Positions 38,937 through 49,437 are shown, numbered from the stretch's first letter. The stretch: 64,000 bases of DNA from Myxococcota bacterium (GCA_036337435.1 JAYZEG010000095.1:33606-97605), one strand, 5' to 3'. The notes: generated by a model from the letters alone, not told the origin. Numbers and translations are program-made.

Positions 38937-39548
38937 ATGGCGTTGATAAAAAGTGAAGACTGGGCAGCTTTTCGCGTGCTCCTCAGACGAGTGGGTTTTT
39001 GGTCTGCCGTTCGGATGGCTTGGCAAATCGAGATGCGCAAAAAGCGGGGCCAGCCTTTCCATGATTTAGAGCCAGCAACGGACGATAAGGAACGGGCAAG
39101 TCGCGAGCAAATTGGGTCTGCAATCCTACTTTATCAAGCCCTAAAGAACTCTAAGTTTGCGGCCGCCGCCCGAGAGATCACGGCCGATGTCATCGAGGCG
39201 TCAGCTCATGTTTTTCTTAAAAACTTGATCGGGCCCCTCGCACGGGACGAACTCATCCAATTGGATGAACCCGAGAAACGAAACTTTCTCTCATCGCGCT
39301 TGGATAAAATTCCAAATGCAGTCACTCAAATCGATCAAGTGGGTGAGGAGACGGTTCAATTTACCGTCAACCGATGTCATTTTGTCGGCTTGTGTGCTCG
39401 AACAGGAGTGCCGGAGTTATCGACGCTCTTCTGTGCTGTTGACGAGTCATATTTTGGGCATGTCGAGCCAGGTGCCAAGCTTGAGCGCCCGTCGACCATC
39501 GCATCTGGAGACGATCGCTGTGTCTTCATCCTCGACTTCACTGAGTGA
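38937..39548 (+). CDS. L-2-amino-thiazoline-4-carboxylate hydrolase-like protein
   Basis: FTVNRCHF...ELSTLFCAVD...RPSTIASGDDRCVF three-Cys pattern. Confidence 0.7.
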   Translation: MALIKSEDWAAFRVLLRRVGFWSAVRMAWQIEMRKKRGQPFHDLEPATDDKERASREQIGSAILLYQALKNSKFAAAAREITADVIEASAHVFLKNLIGPLARDELIQLDEPEKRNFLSSRLDKIPNAVTQIDQVGEETVQFTVNRCHFVGLCARTGVPELSTLFCAVDESYFGHVEPGAKLERPSTIASGDDRCVFILDFTE

Positions 39549-39554
39549 GGCGGG

Positions 39555-40106
39555 TTAGGACAAGCAGGCGTTGCGGAGTTTTTGAACAGCCGTCCGCCCG
39601 AGTGCCCTAAAATGTTCAATGTTTCTCCTTGGAATCTGCGCCACATCGGGATGGTCGAGGTTTGCCGACGCCACATCGGCGGTTCTCAAGAAATGAAACA
39701 TGGGCCATGGTGAGCGATTGGTCCAGTTGGCTGGGTCATCCACGTCAGAGTCTGCGAATTGATACTGTGGATGAAAGGTTGCGATTTGAATCTCGTCGGC
39801 AGCCCCGATTTGGTCAAGAACTGAATTGGCTAATTCAGCCAGATCAAGATACTCCTCAAAGTCTCGTCCGAGATTTTTTAGGATCAGGATTGATGTCGGA
39901 CGCTCATCGACACTTTGCTCCATTAAGCCAAGAACATGGGCCAACACTGCGTCCAGGAATGAATCATCGCTCAACTCGGCACAGACCGTCAAAGTCAGTC
40001 GTTCGAAAACCGGTCGGGCAAACGGACAGAGGTTCTCTCCGATAACAACTCGCTCGATCCATTTGAGGGTAACAGCTTCGGGCGACAATCCATCATGGGT
40101 ATTCAT
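39555..40106 (-). CDS. DUF1415 family protein
   Basis: VIGENLCPFA, QIATFHPQYQF, NRSPWPMFHFLR, IPRRNI. Confidence 0.85.
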   Translation of the reverse strand: MNTHDGLSPEAVTLKWIERVVIGENLCPFARPVFERLTLTVCAELSDDSFLDAVLAHVLGLMEQSVDERPTSILILKNLGRDFEEYLDLAELANSVLDQIGAADEIQIATFHPQYQFADSDVDDPANWTNRSPWPMFHFLRTADVASANLDHPDVAQIPRRNIEHFRALGRTAVQKLRNACLS

Positions 40107-40447
40107 GGAGAGACTTTAGCTGAGATGCGCTGCAAGAACCACCAGCCATTGGTTCGTTTTGTGGGGACCGATGACCTGTCGCAATCCACTCGCCGGTTTT
40201 ATTTGACGACCTTTCGTGTCGTCAGAGACCATGGGGTGGGCGTGTTTCAGCGTCAGATGCAGGTTGGGCGAGAGACATTGGAGTCGTGTTCGCGCCGGCC
40301 CATAAACTAAGTCCAGCAGGTTTGTACATTTGAGCACAGGCCGGTAAATAACGCCCACCTCGAATCGGGTACGCCGTTTGCCTACGGGATACATGGGAGC
40401 CAAGGCACCTAAGAGAGATCGTTTTATAACGCAGAAAGCGAGGGGGC

Positions 40448-41845
40448 ATGCGTGGCGCGGGCGGTAAATTAGAAGTCGCAATACTGGCCTGGCCGCTCGC
40501 CGTTGGCTTGTTGTCATTTACGCTCATGGGCGTCACTGATACGATCTTGATGGGTCATGTTGGAACCGAGGCCCAAGCCGGAGTTGGCTTGGGGGCGACC
40601 ATGATTTTCTTCTTGGTCGCGTTTTTTCGGGGGCTGACGTCTGGTGCTCAGAGTTTGATCTCGGCAGCCGATGGTGCGGGTCAGCGCAAGCGGATTCTAC
40701 AAGCGGCCGGTGGCGGCCTTTTAATTGGCCTCCTGTGCGGTTTGGTGGCCATGGCTTTAACCATGGGCTTCATCACCTGGTTCATGCCCTCACTCAGCGA
40801 GAGCGCGGCTGTCATTGACAATGCGTCCGGTTATATGTTGGTCCGGGCTTGGGTGCTGCCAATTTCGTTAATCTCTTTTGCCCTGATGTCGATCCTCCAA
40901 GGTCTCGGGGATACCAAGATCCGGATGTGGGCCAGCATTTGCGGTAACGCCGTCAACATCATTCTCGATTTTATTTTCATTTTTGGCTGGGGACCGATTC
41001 CAGCCATGGGGGCGGAGGGCGCTGCTCTTGCCACAGCGGCTGGTTCCGTGACCATGTGCGCTTTTTATGCATGGCGTTTCTACGGAGTCGTAGGCCGCGC
41101 TCGGAGACCCAGCTTGGAGGTGTTGAGGAGTTGCATTGCTATTGGTCTCCCGGCTGGTGCACAGGCGGGTCTGGGTGCCTTGGCCTTTGCAACCATGACA
41201 GCGGTCCTAGCCCGCGTCGGACCAGCCCATCTTGCGGCAAGCCAAATTGCCTTGAACATCATCAGCGTCTCATTTCTACCGGGGTATGGTTTGGGTGAGG
41301 CTGCCGGTGTTTTAGCTGGACGATACCTAGGGGCAGGCAAGCCGCGAACCGCCGCACGAACCATCAGATCGGCGCGGGAGATGGCCCTTTACATCATGGG
41401 GCTGTGTGGTCTTCTTTTTCTGTTTGTTGGTTCTCCGATCGTCGGTTTTTTTACGCAGGACGCAGACGTCCAAAGAATCGCAGAAACCTGTCTTCTCAGT
41501 GCAGCTGTATTTCAACTGCTCGATGCGATTGTTTTGGTCAATCTCTGCGCCTTGCGGTCCCTCGGGGATACACGCTTCACGTTCGCGGCGACATCGTTCG
41601 CTGCGTGGGTCATCATGCTGCCTTTAACCTATGTGCTCGCCCTATCATGGAGTCTTGGTGCTGTCGGAGCATGGTTTGCTATGATCATGGAATTCGCGGT
41701 GCTCGCCGTGTTGACGACGTGGCGTGTTTCCGGTGTCCGCCATGGGACCGTTGGTCGGGTTGACCTATTACTCGGATCATCGGTCCCACGACATTACGAA
41801 CAAAGCCCGCCTACAGCACGGCGTCCCACCAATAGGTCAGCTTGA
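40448..41845 (+). CDS. MATE family efflux transporter
   Basis: About 12 TM helices; DTILMGHVG, GLGDTK, NIILD, MGAEGAALAT, GDTR. Confidence 0.9.
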   Translation: MRGAGGKLEVAILAWPLAVGLLSFTLMGVTDTILMGHVGTEAQAGVGLGATMIFFLVAFFRGLTSGAQSLISAADGAGQRKRILQAAGGGLLIGLLCGLVAMALTMGFITWFMPSLSESAAVIDNASGYMLVRAWVLPISLISFALMSILQGLGDTKIRMWASICGNAVNIILDFIFIFGWGPIPAMGAEGAALATAAGSVTMCAFYAWRFYGVVGRARRPSLEVLRSCIAIGLPAGAQAGLGALAFATMTAVLARVGPAHLAASQIALNIISVSFLPGYGLGEAAGVLAGRYLGAGKPRTAARTIRSAREMALYIMGLCGLLFLFVGSPIVGFFTQDADVQRIAETCLLSAAVFQLLDAIVLVNLCALRSLGDTRFTFAATSFAAWVIMLPLTYVLALSWSLGAVGAWFAMIMEFAVLAVLTTWRVSGVRHGTVGRVDLLLGSSVPRHYEQSPPTARRPTNRSA

Positions 41846-44018
41846 AGACGAATCGTCGGTCTTGAGATTCGAAAGAATCCGTATGCTTAATGTCTTCCTG
41901 GTACACAAGAAACAGGTCGCTTCCCGGTAAATAACGCCACCGTATTCGTGACAAGATACGGCCTGATTCATCAACGCTGACCCCTTGCAGGTTATTCTCC
42001 CAGAAAAGCGTAGAAGAAAACGCTGTCGTGAGACCACAGTTCACGGTCATGGTTTCTGATTGGTCAAACTGAGGGAGCTTGAACAGGGTCGCGTAAATGG
42101 ATGTCGTGAAGCGAAAGTGCGGTCCGAGATTGAGACCACTACCCAGTCTGATTCCGTGCTTATATCCACCGTAGAACCCATTGGTCCAATCATAGCTAAC
42201 CGACACATTGGGGTTGCGGATCCATGGTGTTCGCAGTCGCATGAAGGCGCTTAATCCCGAGTACGAACCGGCGTCTACAATCTCGCCCGTCGGCAAGTCG
42301 AATTCGTCATCAACGATATCCTCTTCATGACTGAGACCGCTCACCAATGACCATCCAGTTCGGGTACGAAACCCAGTCACGAGACCCGATGACCGTCCAA
42401 GATAATCCGCCAGCCCTTCATCAGTGACGGTATTATTATAAGCCTCTATTTGTATCCGACTCAGGAGACCCGTTGTATAGCGAGCGGTCCATTGGCTGAC
42501 CGCTTCAATGTCCACGATATCACGCCTACGAACGAAGCCCAGTGCGGGCTCATAATTTTCGTCAACGCGGGTCACGAAGAGACTGGGTTGCCAAATACGG
42601 CCTCGATAATCAATGCCGAGCTGCGAGGCATTGCCGATGGATTGCTCATCATCTGGATGTATTGAAAGATCGATAAAAGTCGACACTTCAAGCCGATTTT
42701 CTATCAAGCTGAGGCTGCCGTCGATGCCGACGGAGTGACGACCGGATGAGCCACCATCTCCACCGAGTTCATTGCTCGAGGTTGCTATGACACCCGCCGT
42801 GTTGCCGCCGTCAAAAACGTGCCGAAGTCGAGCGACAGAATGATTTTGCGTCGACTGTTCTGCGTTGGCGGCCGTTGTGACGTTGAGAAGGCCAACACCC
42901 AACTGGTCGACTCGGCCATACAGCTTCGCTCCAGCCCAGATCGGGATAGTCTCCGTATTGCTATCAAGCCCGATCCGTCTAGAAAAGAAGGGCTGAGCCC
43001 GGCCTCGCGCGCCGAATTCGAAAATACTGAGGCCCGATAAAAAGAAAGGCCTTTTCTCCGGTAGAAAGAGTGGGAACCGGCTTAGGTTGACCAAGGGGTC
43101 ATCGAGGTCGACCTCGGCAAAGTCGGTTAATGCCGTCAACTCCATCCAAAGGTCATTGTGAAGGCGTGTTTTCGCATCCAAGCCGACCCGTATATCCCCA
43201 TCGTGGCCACTCCAATTGTCCTGTCCAGGTGCACGCATCAAAAGGTAGGGAGCGATTCGCACAGGTTGTCCCTTTATCCCCACGTTTTTCAGCCCGACAA
43301 TGTCGCCGTATTCGCTTGCAGCCGATGGTCCATATTCAGGGGCGATGAGTGTCCAATCATAGGTTGCATTGCGCGAATTATGGTCCCGGGATACATTGAA
43401 CCCAATGATTCGGTCCATCTCGTCGCTGGCGGTCAGCCCCAATGCTACGTAAGGAATCGCATACTCGACGGTCCATCGGTTCTCCCCGATGTATGAAGCG
43501 GATTGCCAGACCGCATCGAACTCTTTTCTGAATTGGCGACCATTGTTGAGGGCGATGCCGTCTACCTGTGCATCCGCTGCGTTGACCCCAAAGTTGATGG
43601 ACGTTCTTTTATCGTGGGTGACATCGAACTTTAATGTGATGGCGTCGTCAGCCCAGATTCGACCGCTATCCCGCCTCAGTTCGAGAATACGGGGTTGCTC
43701 GCCCGGTGTCATTGCACAGTCGACGGCCACGTAGATACGGTGGTCGTCGAACAAAACACGAACGTCTGTTGTGACCGGAGGCTGGTCTCCTGGGTTCGGG
43801 ACGCGCTCGACAAAATTGCTGCTGACCTGGGCTCCAGACCACTCTGATTCCAAAAGTTTGCCATCCAGCTGGATTTTATGGTTGTCGATCCGGCTGGCGA
43901 TAATCCTCTTTGAGGGCTCATTGGTTTGACCCGTGTCTGCGTACGAGGAGCTCAGATTTAAAAAAATAAGACCAAGGATTGGTAGATACCATTGACCGCA
44001 GCCGCTTACCGTGATCAT
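41811..44018 (-). CDS. Outer-membrane protein with CBM9-like N-terminus and DUF5916-like barrel
   Basis: LDGKLLESEW, WTVEYAIP, DFAEVDLD, NLSRFPLFLPEKRPFF, FFSRRIG, RWRYLPGSDLFLVY. Confidence 0.8.
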   Translation of the reverse strand: MITVSGCGQWYLPILGLIFLNLSSSYADTGQTNEPSKRIIASRIDNHKIQLDGKLLESEWSGAQVSSNFVERVPNPGDQPPVTTDVRVLFDDHRIYVAVDCAMTPGEQPRILELRRDSGRIWADDAITLKFDVTHDKRTSINFGVNAADAQVDGIALNNGRQFRKEFDAVWQSASYIGENRWTVEYAIPYVALGLTASDEMDRIIGFNVSRDHNSRNATYDWTLIAPEYGPSAASEYGDIVGLKNVGIKGQPVRIAPYLLMRAPGQDNWSGHDGDIRVGLDAKTRLHNDLWMELTALTDFAEVDLDDPLVNLSRFPLFLPEKRPFFLSGLSIFEFGARGRAQPFFSRRIGLDSNTETIPIWAGAKLYGRVDQLGVGLLNVTTAANAEQSTQNHSVARLRHVFDGGNTAGVIATSSNELGGDGGSSGRHSVGIDGSLSLIENRLEVSTFIDLSIHPDDEQSIGNASQLGIDYRGRIWQPSLFVTRVDENYEPALGFVRRRDIVDIEAVSQWTARYTTGLLSRIQIEAYNNTVTDEGLADYLGRSSGLVTGFRTRTGWSLVSGLSHEEDIVDDEFDLPTGEIVDAGSYSGLSAFMRLRTPWIRNPNVSVSYDWTNGFYGGYKHGIRLGSGLNLGPHFRFTTSIYATLFKLPQFDQSETMTVNCGLTTAFSSTLFWENNLQGVSVDESGRILSRIRWRYLPGSDLFLVYQEDIKHTDSFESQDRRFVFKLTYWWDAVL

Positions 44019-44054
44019 CTTTCTCTATCTCCTGCTCGTGACGCGAAAGGCTTT

Positions 44055-45233
44055 ATGGACTGGCAAACAGCCCTCTCTAATCATCCAGATTTGGCTCATG
44101 CTCTGGATTCATGTATTGAGACCTTGGATATGTCACTCGATGATGTCCCAGACATCGTTTTTGTCTTTGTTTCGATACATCATCAAGCAAGCTGGTCACT
44201 GATCGGACCGGTCTTACTCAAAAGATTCCAGGGCTGTCAAGTCATCGGCTGTTGTGGAGCAGGAATCATTGGAGGCGGTCATGAGGTCGAGACTGGGCCT
44301 GCACTGACCTTGGCTGGCGCAGTGCTCCCTGGCGTTGATTTAAAGACCTTTCATTTTAATGACTCAGATGATGGCCAGGACCGCAATGCCGAACGACAAA
44401 TGTTGGTTGAGCTGGCAGACGGTGAATTGCCGCAGGCACTGATGCTCTTGCCAGATCCGTTTTCATGAAACGTAAAATCATTTCTTCGAATCGCCGATGA
44501 TGTGTATCCAACGACCGCCATTTTTGGCGGCCTCGCTTCAGGTGGTCGTGAGCCCGGTCAGCATGCACTGTTCCATAATGAAAAAATCTATAAGTCGGGC
44601 TGTGTTGGTTTAACCTTTACTGGAAATGTGACGGTTGAAAGCGTGATCTCACAGGGGTGTCGCCCTATCGGTCCTCCATTGTTTGTGACCCGATCCACAG
44701 ACCATACGATTCACGAGTTGGACGGAATGCCAGCACTGGATGCGGTTGAAAAAGTTTGCAAGGCACTTCCTCCGGATGAACTCGCCCTCGCGCGCAAAGC
44801 CCTTTATCTCGGGCTCGCGATGCAGCCGCTTTCGGAGACCTACGGGCCGGGTGATTTTCTCGTTCGAGATCTGGTCGGTGCCATGCCCGAAGGTCGGGCG
44901 CTGTTGGTGGCCGCACGGGTTGAGGATCAATCCGTTGTCCAATTTCACGTTCGGGATGCGCGTTCAGCATGGTCAGAACTCGACAAACTGTTGACGGCAT
45001 CAGCGAAAGGCGAGCGTCAGCCCGAGGGCGCTCTCATGTTTTCCTGTGTTGGGCGTGGCCAGCGATTGTACGGCGAAACGGGCCACGACAGTCGAGTGCT
45101 CCGGCAGCATTTTGAGTCGCTCGCGCTCACCGGCTTCTTCGGGAACGGTGAAATTGGACAGGTCGGTGGACGAACTTGGATCCACGGCTATACCACTGCA
45201 CTCATCTTGTTCAGAACGGGGACTGACGCGTAA
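44055..45233 (+). CDS. FIST signal-transduction protein interrupted by one in-frame TGA at 44466-44468 (recoded, pseudogene or sequencing error)
   Basis: ORFs 43992..44468 and 44502..45233 are in the same frame: LPDPFS*NVKSFLRIADDVYPTTAIFGGLASGG; SQGCRPIG, FSCVGRG, GFFGNGEIG, HGYT. Confidence 0.85.
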
Positions 45234-45354
45234 CCTCGCTGCTGCAAGCAGCATCTTGCAACAGCCCCAGATTTTCAATTCGGGTTGAATCTCTTAATCT
45301 GGTGGCGCGGTCAAGCGTACTGATTCACGCTGGCACATTTTGTTGGGAGGACAA

Positions 45355-45939
45355 ATGAAGGCATCGTTCATCCGAGGGTTGCGCGGGTTGGCCGTCAGTC
45401 TGTTTTTTTGGACTGGCACGGCTCAATCCACCGTAGTCGAACCACTGTCCATCGGGCAACTCGCGGCGGAATCGCACCGGGTTGTCAGGGGGTATGTCGA
45501 CTCTGTCTACGTGGTCCCCGAACGAGGTGAGCGAGGCGAAATTTATACGCGTGTTGAACTCACGGTGGACGAGTACATTATCGGGGATGGCCCAGACCAT
45601 CTGACTGTTCAGCAGTTGGGTGGTCAACTCGGTGAGTGGCAGATGTATCTCTCCGGGAATGCCGAATTTATCCCCGGCACTGAAGTCATTGTTTTTCTCG
45701 ATTACGAGCCGGCCAAGAACCTGCACTACGTTGTCGGCCTTGCCCAGGGCCTCTTTATCATCGACCGCACAGGCGACGTCCCATCCCTCAGCCGAGACCT
45801 CGACGGGCTCAGTTTTTATTTAGCCGAGCCCGTTCCGTTCAAGCCAGGCTATGTCGAAGATGACCTTGAGACCCTGTTGACCGCCCTCTCACCACAGGGG
45901 CCTGCAGCCGAGCCTGTAAACCGGGGAGTCATCCAATGA
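45355..45939 (+). CDS. Secreted protein resembling the N-terminal domain fused to some bacterial matrixins
   Basis: ATG 45355 after GGGAGG; signal peptide; VVRGYV, IYT, LGGQ, GNAEF, EVIVFL, GLAQGLF; ATGA overlap with the protease gene. Confidence 0.7.
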   Translation: MKASFIRGLRGLAVSLFFWTGTAQSTVVEPLSIGQLAAESHRVVRGYVDSVYVVPERGERGEIYTRVELTVDEYIIGDGPDHLTVQQLGGQLGEWQMYLSGNAEFIPGTEVIVFLDYEPAKNLHYVVGLAQGLFIIDRTGDVPSLSRDLDGLSFYLAEPVPFKPGYVEDDLETLLTALSPQGPAAEPVNRGVIQ

Positions 45940-47483
45940 ATCCCAAAGGTCTTCACGTACTGGCGGCCGCGATTTTCGGCAGTTTTATTTTGTCGGCGGC
46001 CTATGCCTTTGTGCCAACAGGCTTTCGTTGGCGTTTGCCTGTTCGATATGAAGTGAACACGAACTCGTCTCAGGAGCTCGGGCAACAGAGCACGCTCCAG
46101 GTGGTTCAAACCAGCTACACGAATTGGGCTCAACCTGCATGCAGCGGGTACTCCTATCAGTTCGAAGGAGAGACGAATAGCTCGTGGAATTCGAATGATG
46201 GCATGAACACCCTGGTATGGTTTTACAATGCTCAGCAGCGTCCTCGCGAGCTTGGTGGCCGTGCAACCATCGGGGTCACCCTCAGTGTGTTTCGTGGAAA
46301 TACGGCCTTTGATGGTGACATCCTATTCAATGGTATCGACCATTCATGGACGACCAACGCTGTCCGAAATGGTCAAGTTGACGCAGTTTCGATCATCACC
46401 CACGAGGTCGGTCATCAGCTTGGATTGAACCATTCGCCTTTTCAAAATGCGACAATGTATGCCGCGTATCTTGGCGGGAATGGGGCGGCTAGCTTGGCAG
46501 AAGATGACATCAATGGCGTCTGTGATTTGTACCCCTCGGGGGCCGAACCTGACTGTCAGGTCGACGCTGACTGTCCAAACGGACAGCAATGTCTTGGCGG
46601 CAGTTGTGTCGAAGAGCAAGCTGGAGGGGGTGCCATAGGCGATCCGTGCAATGGACAACAAGGGTCGTGTCAGCAGGGCCTTTTTTGCGTCTCCGGCGGC
46701 AGTGGTAGTCCTTTCTGTACCCGATCGTGCAACGGAGAATGTCCCGATGGATGGGATTGCACGGCTGTTAACTTCAACGGCCGCCGATCCCAAATTTGCT
46801 TGCCGGGGAACGGCGGAGGAGCAGGTGGGATGGCCGGTTTCGGCGAAGCCTGTCAGTCCAATAATGACTGCCGCGTCGGCTTCTGCATAAGCGATGGTCA
46901 GCGCGCCTTTTGTTCGCAGGCGTGCAATAATAACCAGGACTGCCCAGATGGTGGCCAATGTGCTGCCGTGCAAGGCGGTGGTGGTGCCTGTATACCGGGT
47001 ACCCCGGGTGCAGGCATGGCCGATTTTGGTGACCCCTGTCAGCAAAGCACCGATTGCAGAAGCAACCTGTGCCTGAACGATGGGCAGAATTTGTTCTGCT
47101 CAGAACAGTGCGGCGGCGATGCTGACTGTCCGCCGGGCGGTCAGTGCGTTCAGCTCCAAGGCGGCGGCGGTGCATGTATTCCAGGTGCGGTGCCGGTCGC
47201 GGATCAGGGCGTTAGACCAAATATGCGACCAGACCAGGGAAGTGGTCCACTGGTTGGCGATAGAGATGCGGACATTGTCCAAAACCCTGGGTCCGGACCG
47301 GGTGCATCAGACCCCAGTGTGGGGTCTGATGGTGGCACCAATGGAAATCCGGGGGGGCCCAACATCAGGGTCGTTGAGGTGCCAGCTCAGTCAGGTTGCA
47401 ACTGCTCCACCGCTGCGCATACGCCGAGCCCACTCTGGTTACTCGGGGCGTTAGGTCTACTCGGCTGGCGGCGTCGCTGGTGA
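45936..47483 (+). CDS. Matrixin (M10) metalloprotease with Cys-rich repeats and MYXO-CTERM-like anchor
   Basis: HEVGHQLGLNH, Met-turn ATMY, C-terminal SGCNC...LWLLGALGLLGWRRRW. Confidence 0.88.
   Translation: MNPKGLHVLAAAIFGSFILSAAYAFVPTGFRWRLPVRYEVNTNSSQELGQQSTLQVVQTSYTNWAQPACSGYSYQFEGETNSSWNSNDGMNTLVWFYNAQQRPRELGGRATIGVTLSVFRGNTAFDGDILFNGIDHSWTTNAVRNGQVDAVSIITHEVGHQLGLNHSPFQNATMYAAYLGGNGAASLAEDDINGVCDLYPSGAEPDCQVDADCPNGQQCLGGSCVEEQAGGGAIGDPCNGQQGSCQQGLFCVSGGSGSPFCTRSCNGECPDGWDCTAVNFNGRRSQICLPGNGGGAGGMAGFGEACQSNNDCRVGFCISDGQRAFCSQACNNNQDCPDGGQCAAVQGGGGACIPGTPGAGMADFGDPCQQSTDCRSNLCLNDGQNLFCSEQCGGDADCPPGGQCVQLQGGGGACIPGAVPVADQGVRPNMRPDQGSGPLVGDRDADIVQNPGSGPGASDPSVGSDGGTNGNPGGPNIRVVEVPAQSGCNCSTAAHTPSPLWLLGALGLLGWRRRW
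46827..47186 (+). repeat. Intragenic tandem duplication with 186-nt period (62-aa Cys-rich module)
   Basis: GMAGFGEAC...QGGGGACIPG followed by GMADFGDPC...QGGGGACIPG. Confidence 0.8.
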
Positions 47484-48266
47484 GCATCGGCCATCGCGGT
47501 CGATGATTCGACAAACGGACTCTTCTCCGAAGGTGTCTCGACAGTACGTATCGCCTTGTTCGCTGGGCAAACAGCATTCGGCCCGCTCACATCCGCTGGA
47601 CGGATTACAAATGCCTTGGAGTCCACAAAACCAGTCGGCACCGAATTCATCGCGACAGCAAGAGTGGCCGGTCGGCTCGGGCATACATCCAGCGCACGGG
47701 GGCGGTGCTGACATGACACATTGGCCCCCATTGTTCAGCTGTGTACAGTTGCTGCTCTCCCCAAAAATGCGTGCACACTTGGCATCTCCACCGGGGCCAG
47801 GGACGCAGCAATCGTCTTGTTCGCAATTCATGACTTCCTGGCATCGGCCGCCTTCACCACAGAACCAACTTGCGCCTAGGGCGTCGTAGCAGCATGTATG
47901 ACCGTCTCCGTCAGGTTGACAGGCAGCACAGGCCCGTTCACTACAGCGTCCGACGTCGCCATCGAGTTCGCATCGGCTTCCCGGCCCATTGAGCTCAAGG
48001 CAGTAAGTATCGCCCATTTCGCCAGGGGCACAGCATGTCTCCTCTTCACATGAACCCAACTCTTGGCATGCACCATCCGCATTACAAAACGAGCGTTCGC
48101 CATAGCGCTGTACGCAGAGCGCGTTTCCATCTGGTCCAGCTACACATTCGGGACCGATGTCAACCATCGCGTCAACGACAGGTCTCGAACTCTCTTCCGA
48201 GCAGGCGAAAAGACAGCTGCTCAGCAACATGAGGTTTAGGGCAAAACGGCGGAACCAACCGGTCAT
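47457..48266 (-). CDS. Cys-rich repeat lipoprotein (six modules)
   Basis: ATG 48266 after GGAG; lipobox LFAC; repeated C-x5-G[DHN]xxC-x4-G-x4-C...GxC. Confidence 0.78.
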   Translation of the reverse strand: MTGWFRRFALNLMLLSSCLFACSEESSRPVVDAMVDIGPECVAGPDGNALCVQRYGERSFCNADGACQELGSCEEETCCAPGEMGDTYCLELNGPGSRCELDGDVGRCSERACAACQPDGDGHTCCYDALGASWFCGEGGRCQEVMNCEQDDCCVPGPGGDAKCARIFGESSNCTQLNNGGQCVMSAPPPCAGCMPEPTGHSCCRDEFGADWFCGLQGICNPSSGCERAECCLPSEQGDTYCRDTFGEESVCRIIDRDGRCSPATPPAE

Positions 48267-48534
48267 AGGTGCTCTCCAGTAGAGAAAAACGTGTGCCAGT
48301 CTAACCATGATGCAGCAGTCCTGTAAAATCTGCGTCCGAAGCCATTGATCAACTTCAATCCAAACACCCGGTGCAGTGGGCAAAAACAAGGTACATTCGA
48401 TCGAAAGCAAAACGAGGCGGCATGGGCCGATTAAACAGACGGTCTAGCTGCCATTGTAGTCGGACGTGCCAGAGTGAAGCGTACGTTCTATTCGTTGACG
48501 CTGCGGTCTTTTATGACAAATTCCGGCGAGTGTT

Positions 48535-49437
48535 CTAGTTTGCTTTTGACTTGGCTTTGAAACGCTCAACGGCGGTCTTCCAATGTCTAATCGCATCGGC
48601 TCGAGCGGTCTTTTTCTGCACTGGTTTCGGTCCGAGTCTCAGCTTGCCGGATTCAATTCGCCGCTTGACTTCCGCTAACTTCATGCGGGTTCTACACTTG
48701 GTCGATTTGCGCTTAATACTCGCTCCGTAGCGCTTCCTAATTTGACGTTTCACGGACCGGATCCGTTTGCTCGTGGCCGGGTGAGATGACAGGAATTCCG
48801 GTGCTGAGGCACCCTTTTCAGCCTTGAGCAAAATCCGAAAGAAATCAGCAAGTCCATCGGGATTGTAGCCAGCACCATAGGTGATTTGTAAACCGACCGT
48901 ATCCGCCTCGTTTTCATCATCTCGACTGAACGTAGTCGATGACAAGAACTGCCAAATGAGAACGGCCGACCCCGCCGCGAGTCCATCTGATAAGAAAAAC
49001 GAAACGATCTGTTCCACAGCAAACGAACTTTCGATGGATTTTGCACCGTGTCGCTGCGTGACATGGGCGAGTTCATGACCCATCACGCCTGCAATTTCCG
49101 CACAGGTCTTACTTTGTAGGATCAAACCGGTCGACAAATAGGTGTATCCGCCAGGAGCCGCGAAGGCATTAACCAGCTCATTGTCGGCAATGACAGCGAC
49201 TTTATAGCCGCCGACCTCCTTGGGGTCTCGGAAACGTACAGACGCCCGTTCTAGCGGAGCGACGAGTTCTTTTGCCCATTTGGCAACGGGATCTTTCGAA
49301 TGGACCAGGCGGTATTCCTTCCGAAGTTGCTTATCGACACCAGCACCGATTTCTCGTTCTTGCTGGTTGCTGATCAATGCGCCGCCACACCCTTGTAATA
49401 CAACCAGGCCGACCAACCATAAAGTGATGTCTCTCAT
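48535..49437 (-). CDS. M48 family metalloprotease lipoprotein
   Basis: Lipobox LQGC; VNAFAAPGG, HELAH, FSRDDENEAD, LSSHP; start ATG 49437. Confidence 0.9.
   Translation of the reverse strand: MRDITLWLVGLVVLQGCGGALISNQQEREIGAGVDKQLRKEYRLVHSKDPVAKWAKELVAPLERASVRFRDPKEVGGYKVAVIADNELVNAFAAPGGYTYLSTGLILQSKTCAEIAGVMGHELAHVTQRHGAKSIESSFAVEQIVSFFLSDGLAAGSAVLIWQFLSSTTFSRDDENEADTVGLQITYGAGYNPDGLADFFRILLKAEKGASAPEFLSSHPATSKRIRSVKRQIRKRYGASIKRKSTKCRTRMKLAEVKRRIESGKLRLGPKPVQKKTARADAIRHWKTAVERFKAKSKAN

Noticed and set aside
40116..40447. Possible small ORF and a TGACGAC/GTCGTCA inverted repeat in the DUF1415-MATE gap
   Set aside because: No motif or clear RBS; a single 7-bp stem is expected by chance
45331..45346. 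Sigma54-like TGGCAC element upstream of the matrixin pair
   Set aside because: No TTGC at the required spacing, and it runs into the RBS
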